The notes below the pieces were generated by a model. The model saw only the letters and a program-made list of their open reading frames with translations, was not told the origin of the DNA and did no database searches. Positions 55,337 to 64,000 of a DNA stretch of 64,000 bases are shown here, in pieces. Position 1 is the stretch's first letter. Each line of letters starts with the position of its first letter. This stretch comes from Alkalispirochaeta sp. GTDB taxonomy: Bacteria > Spirochaetota > Spirochaetia > DSM-27196 > Alkalispirochaetaceae. The stretch spans positions 3,008,001 to 3,072,000 of the forward strand of contig OZ271854.1 in NCBI GenBank assembly GCA_965601925.1, read 5' to 3'. The position numbers and the translations under genes are program-made.

Positions 55337-57565
55337 TTATGATCCTTCCTCGGTCGGGGCGTCGGTCGTTCGGTCGCGTAGCCACTCAAAGAACAGGACG
55401 GCGGCGGCGAAGAAGACCGTACGGCCTCTCCCCGAAAGTCGGCCGACCTCCTCAAGAGTAGGCCTCGCAGCACCGCGCCGCGCGACGACCGCCGGCTCCC
55501 CGAGGTACTCGACCAGCGACCGCTGCGCCGCCTTCCCGTCGTGCGACCGATCGACCAGACGGATTGCGTGGGCGAGGCGATCAGGCGTCGCCGATACGAG
55601 ATGATGTTCCAGACGGTCCTGCTTCACGGCGTCGTTCCGGACGAACGAGGCGTACAGCGGGTATAACCAATCGTACATCTCGAGAATGCGCGAGGCGGCG
55701 AATACCAGCTCGTCGAGTACGTAGCCCGGTAGATCGTCGCGGGCGAGGGCGCTCCACAGTACGGGGAGATGGTCGCGGGAGCCGGCGATCTGGAGCGCCA
55801 CCGCGGCGTGCAGCACCGCGGTAAACAGATCGCTCGGGTTCGTCGATACGCCGGGCTCGAACGTGAGAATGCGCCGCACCTCGCCGTCGACCGTCGTCGA
55901 AGCGAGGCGCGCCAGGGCGACCAATGCGCGGCCCGCGAGCACTCGATCGTCGGAGGTAAGGACGCCTTCCAGCGCCGGTATCGCCGCGCCGCTACCGCGT
56001 AGACCCAGCAATCGTGCCGCCATGGACGCGGTAGTGTGTCGCCCGACCGCGAGATGCTCGATCAGCGACTCTTCCACCTCCCGCGTGTAGGGAAGGCTCG
56101 ACAGGGCCTCCAACGTCTCTTGACGCACCGCGTAGCTCGGCGACGCCAGCCGTCCTCTGAGATCGGCGAGCGCCAACGACGAGCCCGAGCTTGCCAAGTC
56201 GCGGATCGCACGCCGTTCTTCGTCCTGACTCCGGCTGCGAACCAACCGGTTGAGGAGGTTTGCCGCCCTCAGGTCGCGGGGAGAGAAAATTACCTCCAGG
56301 GCACCGCGGAACGTCTCGGCCCCGAGAGGCTCCAGTTTCCAGGCGCGAAATAGCGCCGTTGCGATGATCGCGATCGTAACGAAGAACAGAGCGCGAAACG
56401 ACCATACCTCGCCGACAAGCGTCGATGCGAGGTCGAGAAAGAGACCACCGGCAAAAGACCCGATGACTCCCCCGAGACCCAAGGCGATGAAGTAGACGAT
56501 GCCCAAGTTAAAGCGCGCATCGCGCTGCGTGATTCCATAGAAGTACGCTTGATTCGCATTTTCCGCCCCGGAAAATCCGAGGGTAGCGAATGAGAAGACG
56601 GCGCCCATCATGATGAAGGTCGCGATCTCTCCGGTTTGCGGCAGCACGACGGCGGGTATGAGGCTGATGGCGTACGCCGTGAGAGAAAAGAGAATGATCG
56701 GCTTTGCTCCAAGTCGGTCCAGGAGAATGCTTCCCAACAAGCCGGCGACGAAGTTGCCCACGCTACCGACCGCGACCATCATAAACGCGGCACGATCGGT
56801 AAAGTCGTAGGCTTGCTTCGCGAAGACGACGAGAAAACTGCGCCCCACGCCGGAGGCGATCGCTACGAGAAGAAAGGCGGTCACGAAATTACGAAATGCC
56901 GGGTTTTCCGCCGCACGTTTCAGAGTCGGAAAGAGCGGCTCCCTCGCGCTCTGCCGTTCGTCTTCGAGCTCCGGGAGTGAGAAAACGAGCCCGGTGGCGA
57001 TAAGTCCGGCGGCGACGCCCGCGCCGAGAAAGAGCACGTACCGACCGAGTGACGCCTCGGGGCCCAACAGAAACGCGACCGCGCTTCCGGCAACGATCGA
57101 CATAACCGACGCGAGCATTTGGAATTGACTCAACAGGCGGCCGCGATCGGCGCCGCCGGCGAAGCCCGAGAACATCGGCGCGTTGGCGACGATACCGACG
57201 CCTCGCGCGGCGTGAAATCCGAAGGCTCCCGCCGCGACAAGGAAAAACGAGACGGTCGTACGCCCGGCGGCGATGAAGACCGGTGCAAAGAGCATGGGCA
57301 GGACGGCGATGTACCGAATGAGCCACGCCCACGCGAACATGCGAATGACACCGACCGCCGGCACCAACTGCTTTCCGACCACGAGAAAGAAGAACGCGAC
57401 GTAGCTGAAGGAGGCGACGATACCGATCAGCGCGTTGCCCGCGCCCAAGCGCAGGAGATACAACGAGACCAGATTACCGGTAAGCAGAGTGAAGCTCAGG
57501 GCGTTGAAGAAGCCGAACCTCAACAGTGTTTTGCGCGCGCGCTCGCGATCGGCATGACTCAGCAT
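55337..57565 (-). CDS. MFS transporter fused to C-terminal HEAT repeats
   Basis: About 12 TM segments with LDRLGAKP, then repeats such as SPSYAVRQETLEAL, AARLLG..AIPALE, RALVALARL. Confidence 0.82.
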   Translation of the reverse strand: MLSHADRERARKTLLRFGFFNALSFTLLTGNLVSLYLLRLGAGNALIGIVASFSYVAFFFLVVGKQLVPAVGVIRMFAWAWLIRYIAVLPMLFAPVFIAAGRTTVSFFLVAAGAFGFHAARGVGIVANAPMFSGFAGGADRGRLLSQFQMLASVMSIVAGSAVAFLLGPEASLGRYVLFLGAGVAAGLIATGLVFSLPELEDERQSAREPLFPTLKRAAENPAFRNFVTAFLLVAIASGVGRSFLVVFAKQAYDFTDRAAFMMVAVGSVGNFVAGLLGSILLDRLGAKPIILFSLTAYAISLIPAVVLPQTGEIATFIMMGAVFSFATLGFSGAENANQAYFYGITQRDARFNLGIVYFIALGLGGVIGSFAGGLFLDLASTLVGEVWSFRALFFVTIAIIATALFRAWKLEPLGAETFRGALEVIFSPRDLRAANLLNRLVRSRSQDEERRAIRDLASSGSSLALADLRGRLASPSYAVRQETLEALSSLPYTREVEESLIEHLAVGRHTTASMAARLLGLRGSGAAIPALEGVLTSDDRVLAGRALVALARLASTTVDGEVRRILTFEPGVSTNPSDLFTAVLHAAVALQIAGSRDHLPVLWSALARDDLPGYVLDELVFAASRILEMYDWLYPLYASFVRNDAVKQDRLEHHLVSATPDRLAHAIRLVDRSHDGKAAQRSLVEYLGEPAVVARRGAARPTLEEVGRLSGRGRTVFFAAAVLFFEWLRDRTTDAPTEEGS

Positions 57566-57635
57566 TGGCCGATTATAATCCGCGGAGGCGATCGTTGGCA
57601 CCTCTCCGTATGTTTCAGCATCCGGTATTTTTCTA

Positions 57636-57690
57636 TTGACGGATGATTATATACCGAGTAATCTAAAAATATACTTTGATAAATCAAAAA
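57636..57690 (+). promoter_or_regulatory. Promoter and DtxR/TroR-type operator
   Basis: TTGACG-17-TAATCT, then the dyad TTTGAT-AA-ATCAAA (57675-57688). Confidence 0.7.
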
Positions 57691-57716
57691 TAGCGCGTGC
57701 GAGTCGTGGAGGCACC

Positions 57717-58757
57717 ATGGGTTCCGGATGGTTGTTTTGGGGTGGTCTTGCTTCAATTGCCGGTTTGGTGGCTGTTCTTTGGCCTCAGAGAGGAGCGGCG
57801 GCGATCCTGCGTAGGAACATGCGCCTTTCGGAGCGCGTTCTGATTGAGGATGCGCTTAAGCACGTTCACGAATGTCGATATCAAGATCGGAAGGCTCAGG
57901 TGGAGGGGATAGCGGGAAAGCTTTCCATATCTATGAATAGGGCCACATCGCTCGTTTCCCGTATGACCCGCGACGAGCTCTTGGTCGCCGATGCGGAGGG
58001 GCTCGATCTAACCGACACGGGTAGTGACGCGGCGATCCATCTGATCCGAGCACACCGTCTGTGGGAGCGGTACTTGTCGGAGGAGACCGGATACGACGAA
58101 AGAGAGTGGCATGAACGGGCGGAGATCATGGAGCACGACCTCTCCCGCGAAGCGATCGAGGAGCTGGCGGTTCGATTGGGCAATCCGCGCTACGATCCGC
58201 ACGGTGATCCGATACCCGCCACCGACGGTGAGGGACCGATTCGTAGCCGCGGCGTCCCGCTCAATGCGGTCGAAGAGGGGCGGTCCGTCAGAGTGGTCCA
58301 CGTTGAGGACGAGCCGGCTACGGTGTATGCGCAGTTGGCGGCCCTGGAGATGTTCCCGGGGGTGCACGTTCGCATTGTGGAACGGAGCGCCAAACGAATT
58401 CGCGTGCGCGCTCACGGTGAGACACACACGTTGGCGCCGATCGTAGCGCGCAATCTGACGGTGGTAGCGGCTGATTCCGACAACGACATCGAGGCGGAGG
58501 AGGATGTGTACCCGCTCTCGCGCTTGTCGCCGGGGGATGTGGGGCGGGTCGTCGCCATCGATCGAGCCTGTCGTGGCGCGGAGCGGCGTCGACTCCTGGA
58601 TTTCGGGATTGTTCCCGGTACCCGCATTTTCGCGGAGATGAGAAGTCCGGGCGGCGATCCCACCGCATACCGCGTTCGCGAGACGTTGGTCGCCCTGCGC
58701 GAGGCTCAGGCGCGCCACGTGAAAGTACGGCGACCGCAACGGTCGGAGATGCAATGA
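57717..58757 (+). CDS. DtxR/MntR-family metalloregulator with N-terminal TM helix and two FeoA domains
   Basis: EDALKH, LTDTG, HRLWERYL, AEIMEH, LGNPRYDPHGDPIP, and C-terminal RRLLDFGIVPG..SPGGDP.AYRVR..VALR. Confidence 0.88.
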   Translation: MGSGWLFWGGLASIAGLVAVLWPQRGAAAILRRNMRLSERVLIEDALKHVHECRYQDRKAQVEGIAGKLSISMNRATSLVSRMTRDELLVADAEGLDLTDTGSDAAIHLIRAHRLWERYLSEETGYDEREWHERAEIMEHDLSREAIEELAVRLGNPRYDPHGDPIPATDGEGPIRSRGVPLNAVEEGRSVRVVHVEDEPATVYAQLAALEMFPGVHVRIVERSAKRIRVRAHGETHTLAPIVARNLTVVAADSDNDIEAEEDVYPLSRLSPGDVGRVVAIDRACRGAERRRLLDFGIVPGTRIFAEMRSPGGDPTAYRVRETLVALREAQARHVKVRRPQRSEMQ

Positions 58758-59566
58758 TGGTCGCGAAAGCCCGCCGAGCGTGTAACGCGTGCCGTGGTGA
58801 CGATGGGGGGCGTCTTCGCCGTCTCGGTATCAACATGACCAACTACGACCACGTTGTCGCGCTGGCCGGAAATCCCAATACCGGAAAGAGTACCGTCTTT
58901 AACGCCCTCACCGGACTTCGACAACATACCGGTAACTGGCCCGGTAAGACGGTAGCTCGTGCCGAGGGCGCCTTTCGGTTTGGAGAGAGGCACTACAAGT
59001 TGATAGACCTTCCGGGCACGTACTCGCTTCTGGCCGCGAGTACCGATGAGGAGGTCGCCCGCGACTTCATTCTTTTCGGTCGGCCGGACGCGACGGTCAT
59101 CGTCGTCGATGCGACGCGATTGGAGCGAAATCTGAATCTGGTACTTCAGGTCCTTGAGATCACCGACCGGGTCGTTGTCTGTCTCAACCTCATGGATGAG
59201 GCGAAACGTAACGACATCCGCGTGGACGATCGGACGTTGGCCCGGGACTTGGGCGTTCCCGTCGTACCTACTTCGGCTCGAAACGGCGCGGGACTCACCG
59301 AACTGCTACAGGTAGTCCACGATACGGCGCGGGGTGTCGTTGAGACTCGCCCGCGGCGCATTCCCGTGCGCAGTCCAATGCTGAAACGCTACTTGGACGC
59401 CATGATACCCCGTATTCGCCGGTTCTATCCCGATCTTCCAAACGCGCGATGGGTCGCGTTACGAATGTTGGAAGAGGATCGACGCATTGTGGAGAGCTTT
59501 CGTTCCGGCGAGTTGGGTTCATTCGCCGATGAGCGAAGGGTGAAGGGGCGCAAGACAAAAGCATGA
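58754..59566 (+). CDS. feoB: FeoB N-terminal GTPase, encoded separately
   Basis: [31 protein letters not shown] overlaps at both ends. Confidence 0.9.
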   Translation: MMVAKARRACNACRGDDGGRLRRLGINMTNYDHVVALAGNPNTGKSTVFNALTGLRQHTGNWPGKTVARAEGAFRFGERHYKLIDLPGTYSLLAASTDEEVARDFILFGRPDATVIVVDATRLERNLNLVLQVLEITDRVVVCLNLMDEAKRNDIRVDDRTLARDLGVPVVPTSARNGAGLTELLQVVHDTARGVVETRPRRIPVRSPMLKRYLDAMIPRIRRFYPDLPNARWVALRMLEEDRRIVESFRSGELGSFADERRVKGRKTKA

Positions 59567-61008
59567 ACGACGCGAGATCAACCGCCGGTCGTAACGATGT
59601 TATCGAACACGCGCGCTCGTTTCGGTGGAGTATCGGCCAGAATTACCAAGATGAGCTGATGGAGGACGTTTACTCCGAGGCTGCTCGGATCGCCGACCGT
59701 TCGGTAGCGCGCGGGGCCGAAAAAGGATCGTTTGCGTGGGGGCGTGCCGTTGACCGCGTCGTGACCGGCAAAGTATGGGGATTTCCCCTCATGATATTAC
59801 TCTTCTCGATGGTGTTCTGGATAACAATTTCCGGCGCCAATGTACCGTCGAGTATGCTGGCACATCTCTTTCTCGACGGCGGACACCCCCTTCTCAGGAG
59901 TCTTGCCGACCGAATCGGCATGGTGTGGTGGCTCAAGGGACTTCTCATAGACGGGTGTTACTTAGCGACCGCCTGGGTCGTGAGCGTAATGCTTCCACCC
60001 ATGGCGATCTTCTTTCCGCTGTTTACCCTTCTGGAGGATCTTGGTTATCTACCCCGTGTAGCCTTCAACTTGGACAAGAGCTTTCAGCGGGCGGGGGCTC
60101 ACGGTAAGCAATCTCTCACGATGATGATGGGATTCGGCTGCAACGCCGCCGGGGTCGTTGCGGCGCGCGTTATCGACAGCCCTAGAGAACGGCTCATTGC
60201 GATCATAACGAATAACTTCGCGCTGTGTAACGGCCGGTGGCCGACGCAGATTCTGGTCGCATCCCTCTTTGTTGGGGCGACGGCACCGGCGTACCTCGCG
60301 GGTTTCCTTTCCGCCGCGGCGGTTGTCGGCGTGGCACTTCTGGGCGTTCTTTTGAGCTTCGGATCATCGTGGCTGCTCTCCAAGACCGTGCTCCGTGGGG
60401 AGGTCTCATCGTTCAGTCTGGAGCTTCCTCCGTATCGCCCTCCACGGATTCTTCAAACGATATACACATCACTAATCGACCGCACGCTCTTCGTCCTGTG
60501 GCGAGCGGTCGTGTTTGCGGTACCCGCCGGCGCCGTCATTTGGCTCATCTCCAACGCAACAATCTGGGGAATGAGTCCCGCGGAGCACGTCATCGAGTTT
60601 CTCGATCCCTTCGGATGGCTTCTGGGACTCAATGGAGTGATTCTACTCGCCTACGTCGTCGCCGTTCCGGCGAACGAGATCGTCGTCCCTACGGTGCTGA
60701 TGTTGACCGTGCTTACCGCCCCCGGACTGACGGGCGTGGGTGACGGAGCCGGGGTGATGTTTGAGCTGGAGAACTTGGATGATACCATGCACGTACTGCG
60801 CGCCGGCGGATGGACGCTTCTCACCGGGATCAACGTTATGCTCTTTTCTTTGATCCATAACCCGTGTTCGACGACGTTGTATACGATCTACAAGGAGACC
60901 GGCAGCGTGAAATGGACGGTGGTCTCCGCCCTCGCACCGCTCGGGTTGGGTTTCGTCGTGACGTTTCTCGTTGCTCAGGGTTGGCGCTTCTTTGCAGGAC
61001 CGTCGTAA
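59563..61008 (+). CDS. feoB: FeoB membrane (Gate) domain, encoded separately
   Basis: [45 protein letters not shown]. Confidence 0.9.
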   Translation: MNDARSTAGRNDVIEHARSFRWSIGQNYQDELMEDVYSEAARIADRSVARGAEKGSFAWGRAVDRVVTGKVWGFPLMILLFSMVFWITISGANVPSSMLAHLFLDGGHPLLRSLADRIGMVWWLKGLLIDGCYLATAWVVSVMLPPMAIFFPLFTLLEDLGYLPRVAFNLDKSFQRAGAHGKQSLTMMMGFGCNAAGVVAARVIDSPRERLIAIITNNFALCNGRWPTQILVASLFVGATAPAYLAGFLSAAAVVGVALLGVLLSFGSSWLLSKTVLRGEVSSFSLELPPYRPPRILQTIYTSLIDRTLFVLWRAVVFAVPAGAVIWLISNATIWGMSPAEHVIEFLDPFGWLLGLNGVILLAYVVAVPANEIVVPTVLMLTVLTAPGLTGVGDGAGVMFELENLDDTMHVLRAGGWTLLTGINVMLFSLIHNPCSTTLYTIYKETGSVKWTVVSALAPLGLGFVVTFLVAQGWRFFAGPS

Positions 61009-61204
61009 CGGTCGACCCCGCCGTTCGCCGATGTGGAGAGGTACGAGAATGCACGAGCCGGAACGGCATCCGTCGTGATATGATGAAGGTGTCCGCTCTG
61101 TATCCAAAAATCATGACCAGAATAGTTGTTTTGGGGAACGAGTGATCCGCTGTATTCGATACGGTCCCTGTGTGTGCTGCCAACGAAACAATGAGACAGC
61201 TTGT

Positions 61205-61225
61205 TATTCGGAATGATTCTTAATA
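61205..61225 (+). promoter_or_regulatory. Fur/PerR/Irr-like dyad upstream of the P1B ATPase
   Basis: TATT-cg-GAAT-G-ATTC-tt-AATA in an AT-rich patch. Confidence 0.5.
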
Positions 61226-61252
61226 TTATAGTGAACAACAGAGAGGTGTTCC

Positions 61253-63598
61253 ATGGCTGTGTGTCGGACGCTCATGCAAAAGACCATCGAGACCGTGCCG
61301 GGAGTCCATTGTATCCAATTTGACCCGCTCACGAGAAATCTCTTGTGGCGCTACAATAAGGAAGAACTGCCCGACGGTGTGCTTCCGAGCGACCGGTTGA
61401 AGCGTCAAATCGCCGACAATTTGCGCCAGTGTCGTGGCAAGGGCGATATCGATCCTCACACCTGCGATTCCTGTCGTCTCCAAGCGATGGGGCAGGACCG
61501 TTGCTCCCACATACGGCATCTCGCGGAAGAGGGCGTCATCGCGGTCTTCCGGGATGAACGGTGTCCCGGAGACGAGCGGTGTACGGGTCTCTCCACCGCG
61601 TTGGAGCGGGTGGAAGTCGAGGCTCCCGGCGTTCTCGATGGCGTTGCCTCGGTGCGGGAAGTAGCGGCGCGACGCATCGCCACACTGCCCTGGGAGCCGA
61701 TCGCCGTATGCATCACGTTGATTGCTTTGGTAACCGGGCGCGTTCTGGAGTCGTTTTACGTCGGGAGTGCAGCGCGGACGGTCGCCTACGGAATCGCGTA
61801 TCTGACCGGCGGCTTCTTCGGTCTTCGCGCCGGCATCGAATCGCTTAAAGAGCGTAGGATCGATATCGATCTCCTGATGATTCTCGCGGCGATGGGTGCG
61901 GCGGCGATCGGAGCGCCCTTTGAGGGGGCGCTACTCTTGTTCCTCTTTTCCCTCTCCAATGTCCTGCAAGACTTTGCCATGGACCGTACGCGCAACGCGA
62001 TTCGTTCTCTCATGACCTTACGTCCCGCCCGAGCGGAGGTGGAACGCGAGGGAGAACGCGTCGTCGTGCCGGTCGATTCGGTCACTGTAGGAGAGACGTT
62101 TTTTGTGAAGCCGGGCGATCGAATACCGTTGGACGGCGTGATCGCGACCGGAGAGGCGGGCATGGACGAGTCGCTTCTGACCGGCGAGTCTCGCCCGGTC
62201 AGAAAAGGACCCGAGGACCTCGTGCTCGCGGGATCGATCAATACCAACGGTAGCCTTACCGTGCGAGTTACCAAAGAGTCGGCCGACTCTACCATCGCGA
62301 AGATCATCCGCCTCGTGGAGGATGCGCAGAGTCGGAAAGCGAAAACGGAGCGCTTCTTGGACACCTTCGAGCAGTACTACGCCCTCGTCGTCATCGTCAT
62401 GACCGCCGCCTTTGCCGCCGTACCGACGCTGTTCTGGGGCGAGGCGTTCGATACGGCCTTCTACCGCGCCATCACCGTTATGGTCGCCGCGAGTCCGTGT
62501 GCCCTCATCATCAGCACTCCCGCCTCGATTCTCTCGGCGATCGGAGCCGGAGCCAGGCGGGGCGTACTTTTCAAAGGCGGCGTCTACGTGGAGCGGGCGG
62601 GAGCGGTCCGTGTCGTCGCGTTTGACAAGACCGGCACCCTCACCCACGGCAAACCGGTAGTGACCGACGTCGTGAGCCTGGATGCCGATCTGGACGGCGA
62701 GCGGCTCATCGCGTTGGCCGCCGCGGTGGAGCAGCACTCGGAGCACGCCCTGGCCAAGGCGACGGTGGACGCACTGCACGTCGATTCCGCGGGGGAGACG
62801 GCGGTGCTGGACGAGAGCGTCGCCTTTCGGGCGGTGGCCGGTCGCGGTGTGGAGGCTACGGTGGCCGGGCGACGCATCCGAATCGGTGCTCCGTCCTACT
62901 TCGACGACCTCGGAATCGATAACCGGGGCGAGGCGGACGGACCGATCGACCGCCTACGGGGCGAATGTAAGACGGTCGTTGCGGTGACGCAGATGGACGG
63001 AGAGGCGACCGGACGCTATCTCGGCGTCATCGGTTTCTCCGATTCCATTCGTCACGACGCCCGCGAGGTTGTCGCCTCTTTGAGGGGCCTGGGTATATCC
63101 AAGGTAGTCATGCTTACCGGCGACAACGACGAGACGGCGCGTGCCGTCGCACGCGAGGCGGGAGTGGACGAGGTCTACTCCGAGCTCACTCCGGATGCCA
63201 AACTGGCGGCGATCGAGGAGCTCGAGGAGCGCTTCGGCCCGACCGCGATGGTCGGCGATGGAGTGAACGACGCACCCTCCCTCGCCCGCGCCTCCGTCGG
63301 CGTCGCCATGGGAGCCGGCGGGACCGATGTGGCGCTCGAGACGGCCGACGTCGTGCTTATGGCCGACGAACTGCGGAAGATACCGTATCTCGTGGAGTTG
63401 AGCCGCAAAACGCGACGGACGCTGATGTTTAACCTTGCCCTGGCGATTAGCCTCATCGTTGTGATGATCGTCGGCGTCGTGCTCATCGAGTTGCCGCTTC
63501 CACTGGCGGTGGTCGGCCACGAAGGGGGAACGGTGCTGGTATCCCTCAACGGCTTGAGGTTGCTCTTCTTCCGCGGTTCTCGATCATCGATTCGATAA
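61253..63598 (+). CDS. Heavy-metal P1B-4-type ATPase (Fe2+/Co2+/Zn2+ exporter)
   Basis: LTGES, SPC in TM4, DKTGTLT, SEHALA, TGD, GDGVNDAP, HEGGT in TM6. Confidence 0.92.
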   Translation: MAVCRTLMQKTIETVPGVHCIQFDPLTRNLLWRYNKEELPDGVLPSDRLKRQIADNLRQCRGKGDIDPHTCDSCRLQAMGQDRCSHIRHLAEEGVIAVFRDERCPGDERCTGLSTALERVEVEAPGVLDGVASVREVAARRIATLPWEPIAVCITLIALVTGRVLESFYVGSAARTVAYGIAYLTGGFFGLRAGIESLKERRIDIDLLMILAAMGAAAIGAPFEGALLLFLFSLSNVLQDFAMDRTRNAIRSLMTLRPARAEVEREGERVVVPVDSVTVGETFFVKPGDRIPLDGVIATGEAGMDESLLTGESRPVRKGPEDLVLAGSINTNGSLTVRVTKESADSTIAKIIRLVEDAQSRKAKTERFLDTFEQYYALVVIVMTAAFAAVPTLFWGEAFDTAFYRAITVMVAASPCALIISTPASILSAIGAGARRGVLFKGGVYVERAGAVRVVAFDKTGTLTHGKPVVTDVVSLDADLDGERLIALAAAVEQHSEHALAKATVDALHVDSAGETAVLDESVAFRAVAGRGVEATVAGRRIRIGAPSYFDDLGIDNRGEADGPIDRLRGECKTVVAVTQMDGEATGRYLGVIGFSDSIRHDAREVVASLRGLGISKVVMLTGDNDETARAVAREAGVDEVYSELTPDAKLAAIEELEERFGPTAMVGDGVNDAPSLARASVGVAMGAGGTDVALETADVVLMADELRKIPYLVELSRKTRRTLMFNLALAISLIVVMIVGVVLIELPLPLAVVGHEGGTVLVSLNGLRLLFFRGSRSSIR

Positions 63599-63741
63599 CG
63601 CGGCGATACGCGGCGGTCGTACCTTTTTGCGGCACGGAAGAGCTATCTGTGTCGCGTTCTATCGTCCGGTACCTTATGGATTAAAGATTCCTCTTCTGTC
63701 ATGATTGTCGAACATAATCGATTCGATTACTCGGAGGTCTC

Positions 63742-64000
63742 ATGGGCGATACAACGAGGATAGTTGTTCTCGGCGGTGGCTACAGCGGCGTGCACGTCGC
63801 AAAGAAGTTGTATAAACGGTACAAACGAAGGGACGACATTGAGATAACGCTCATCGACAAGAATCCCTACCACACGTTGATGACGGAGCTGCACGAAATT
63901 GCCGGTTCGCGTACCGAACCCGAGGCCGTACAGGTCAGTTTTCACAAGATATTCGGCGGCAAGCGCGTAAACGTCATTGTCGACGAGATCACGGGAGTTG
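63742..64000 (+). CDS. NDH-2-like FAD-dependent oxidoreductase (3' truncated by window)
   Basis: Manual translation: MGDTTRIVVLGGGYSGVHVAKKL..ITLIDKNPYHTLMTELHEIAG. GGAGG SD. Confidence 0.85.
   Translation, partial: MGDTTRIVVLGGGYSGVHVAKKLYKRYKRRDDIEITLIDKNPYHTLMTELHEIAGSRTEPEAVQVSFHKIFGGKRVNVIVDEITGV

Noticed and set aside
59540..59570. feoB pseudogene or frameshift
   Set aside because: Clean ATGA coupling, both halves intact, and split FeoB pairs are known in other bacteria.
1..64000. CRISPR array, IS element, prophage or rRNA
   Set aside because: No repeat-spacer array, transposase, phage structural gene or rRNA motif was seen. The 19-bp periodic boxes at 17013-17076 are too short to be CRISPR repeats.

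Overview
A GC-rich (about 62-64% by eye) chromosomal segment from a spirochaete, most likely a free-living Spirochaeta/Alkalispirochaeta-like organism. The assignment rests on two FlaB core flagellins, two FlaA sheath proteins, flgN-flgK-flgL-fliW-csrA and a PlzA-like PilZ protein. It has about 62 CDSs and one tRNA-Asp(GTC). I found no rRNA, CRISPR array, integrase or transposase. Left to right: (1) the 3' end of a PlsA/Ger-like activase-reductase gene, pgmB, a class-3 aldehyde dehydrogenase, dus and a two-component pair; (2) a LacI-controlled sugar ABC plus sulfatase module ending near tRNA-Asp; (3) a methyltransferase, a Fur-family regulator, a tautomerase-like gene and a DUF3095 gene; (4) an RHH-like gene coupled to a second, complete 1487-aa PlsA/Ger-like gene; (5) glgC, mrfA-mrfB, glgA, a GNAT and nagZ; (6) two convergent flagellar operons, with tsaE-tsaB at the end of the second; (7) TPR, PilZ, zapA-zapB, rplT-rpmI-infC and metW-metX; (8) two flaA genes, a cNMP-binding kinase, tatD, pcm and an MFS-HEAT fusion; (9) a metal locus with a membrane-anchored MntR-FeoA-FeoA regulator, a split FeoB and a P1B-4 ATPase, then the start of an NDH-2 gene. 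The most notable unexplained signals are four ACGT-core boxes at exact 19-bp spacing over the promoter of the RHH/PlsA-like operon, two face-to-face sigma28 promoters forming an inverted repeat at the flagellin promoter, pervasive apparently leaderless genes including a 16-bp bidirectional promoter, and a SIR2-like gene relic. All family calls come from recognising motifs by eye; no database searches were run.
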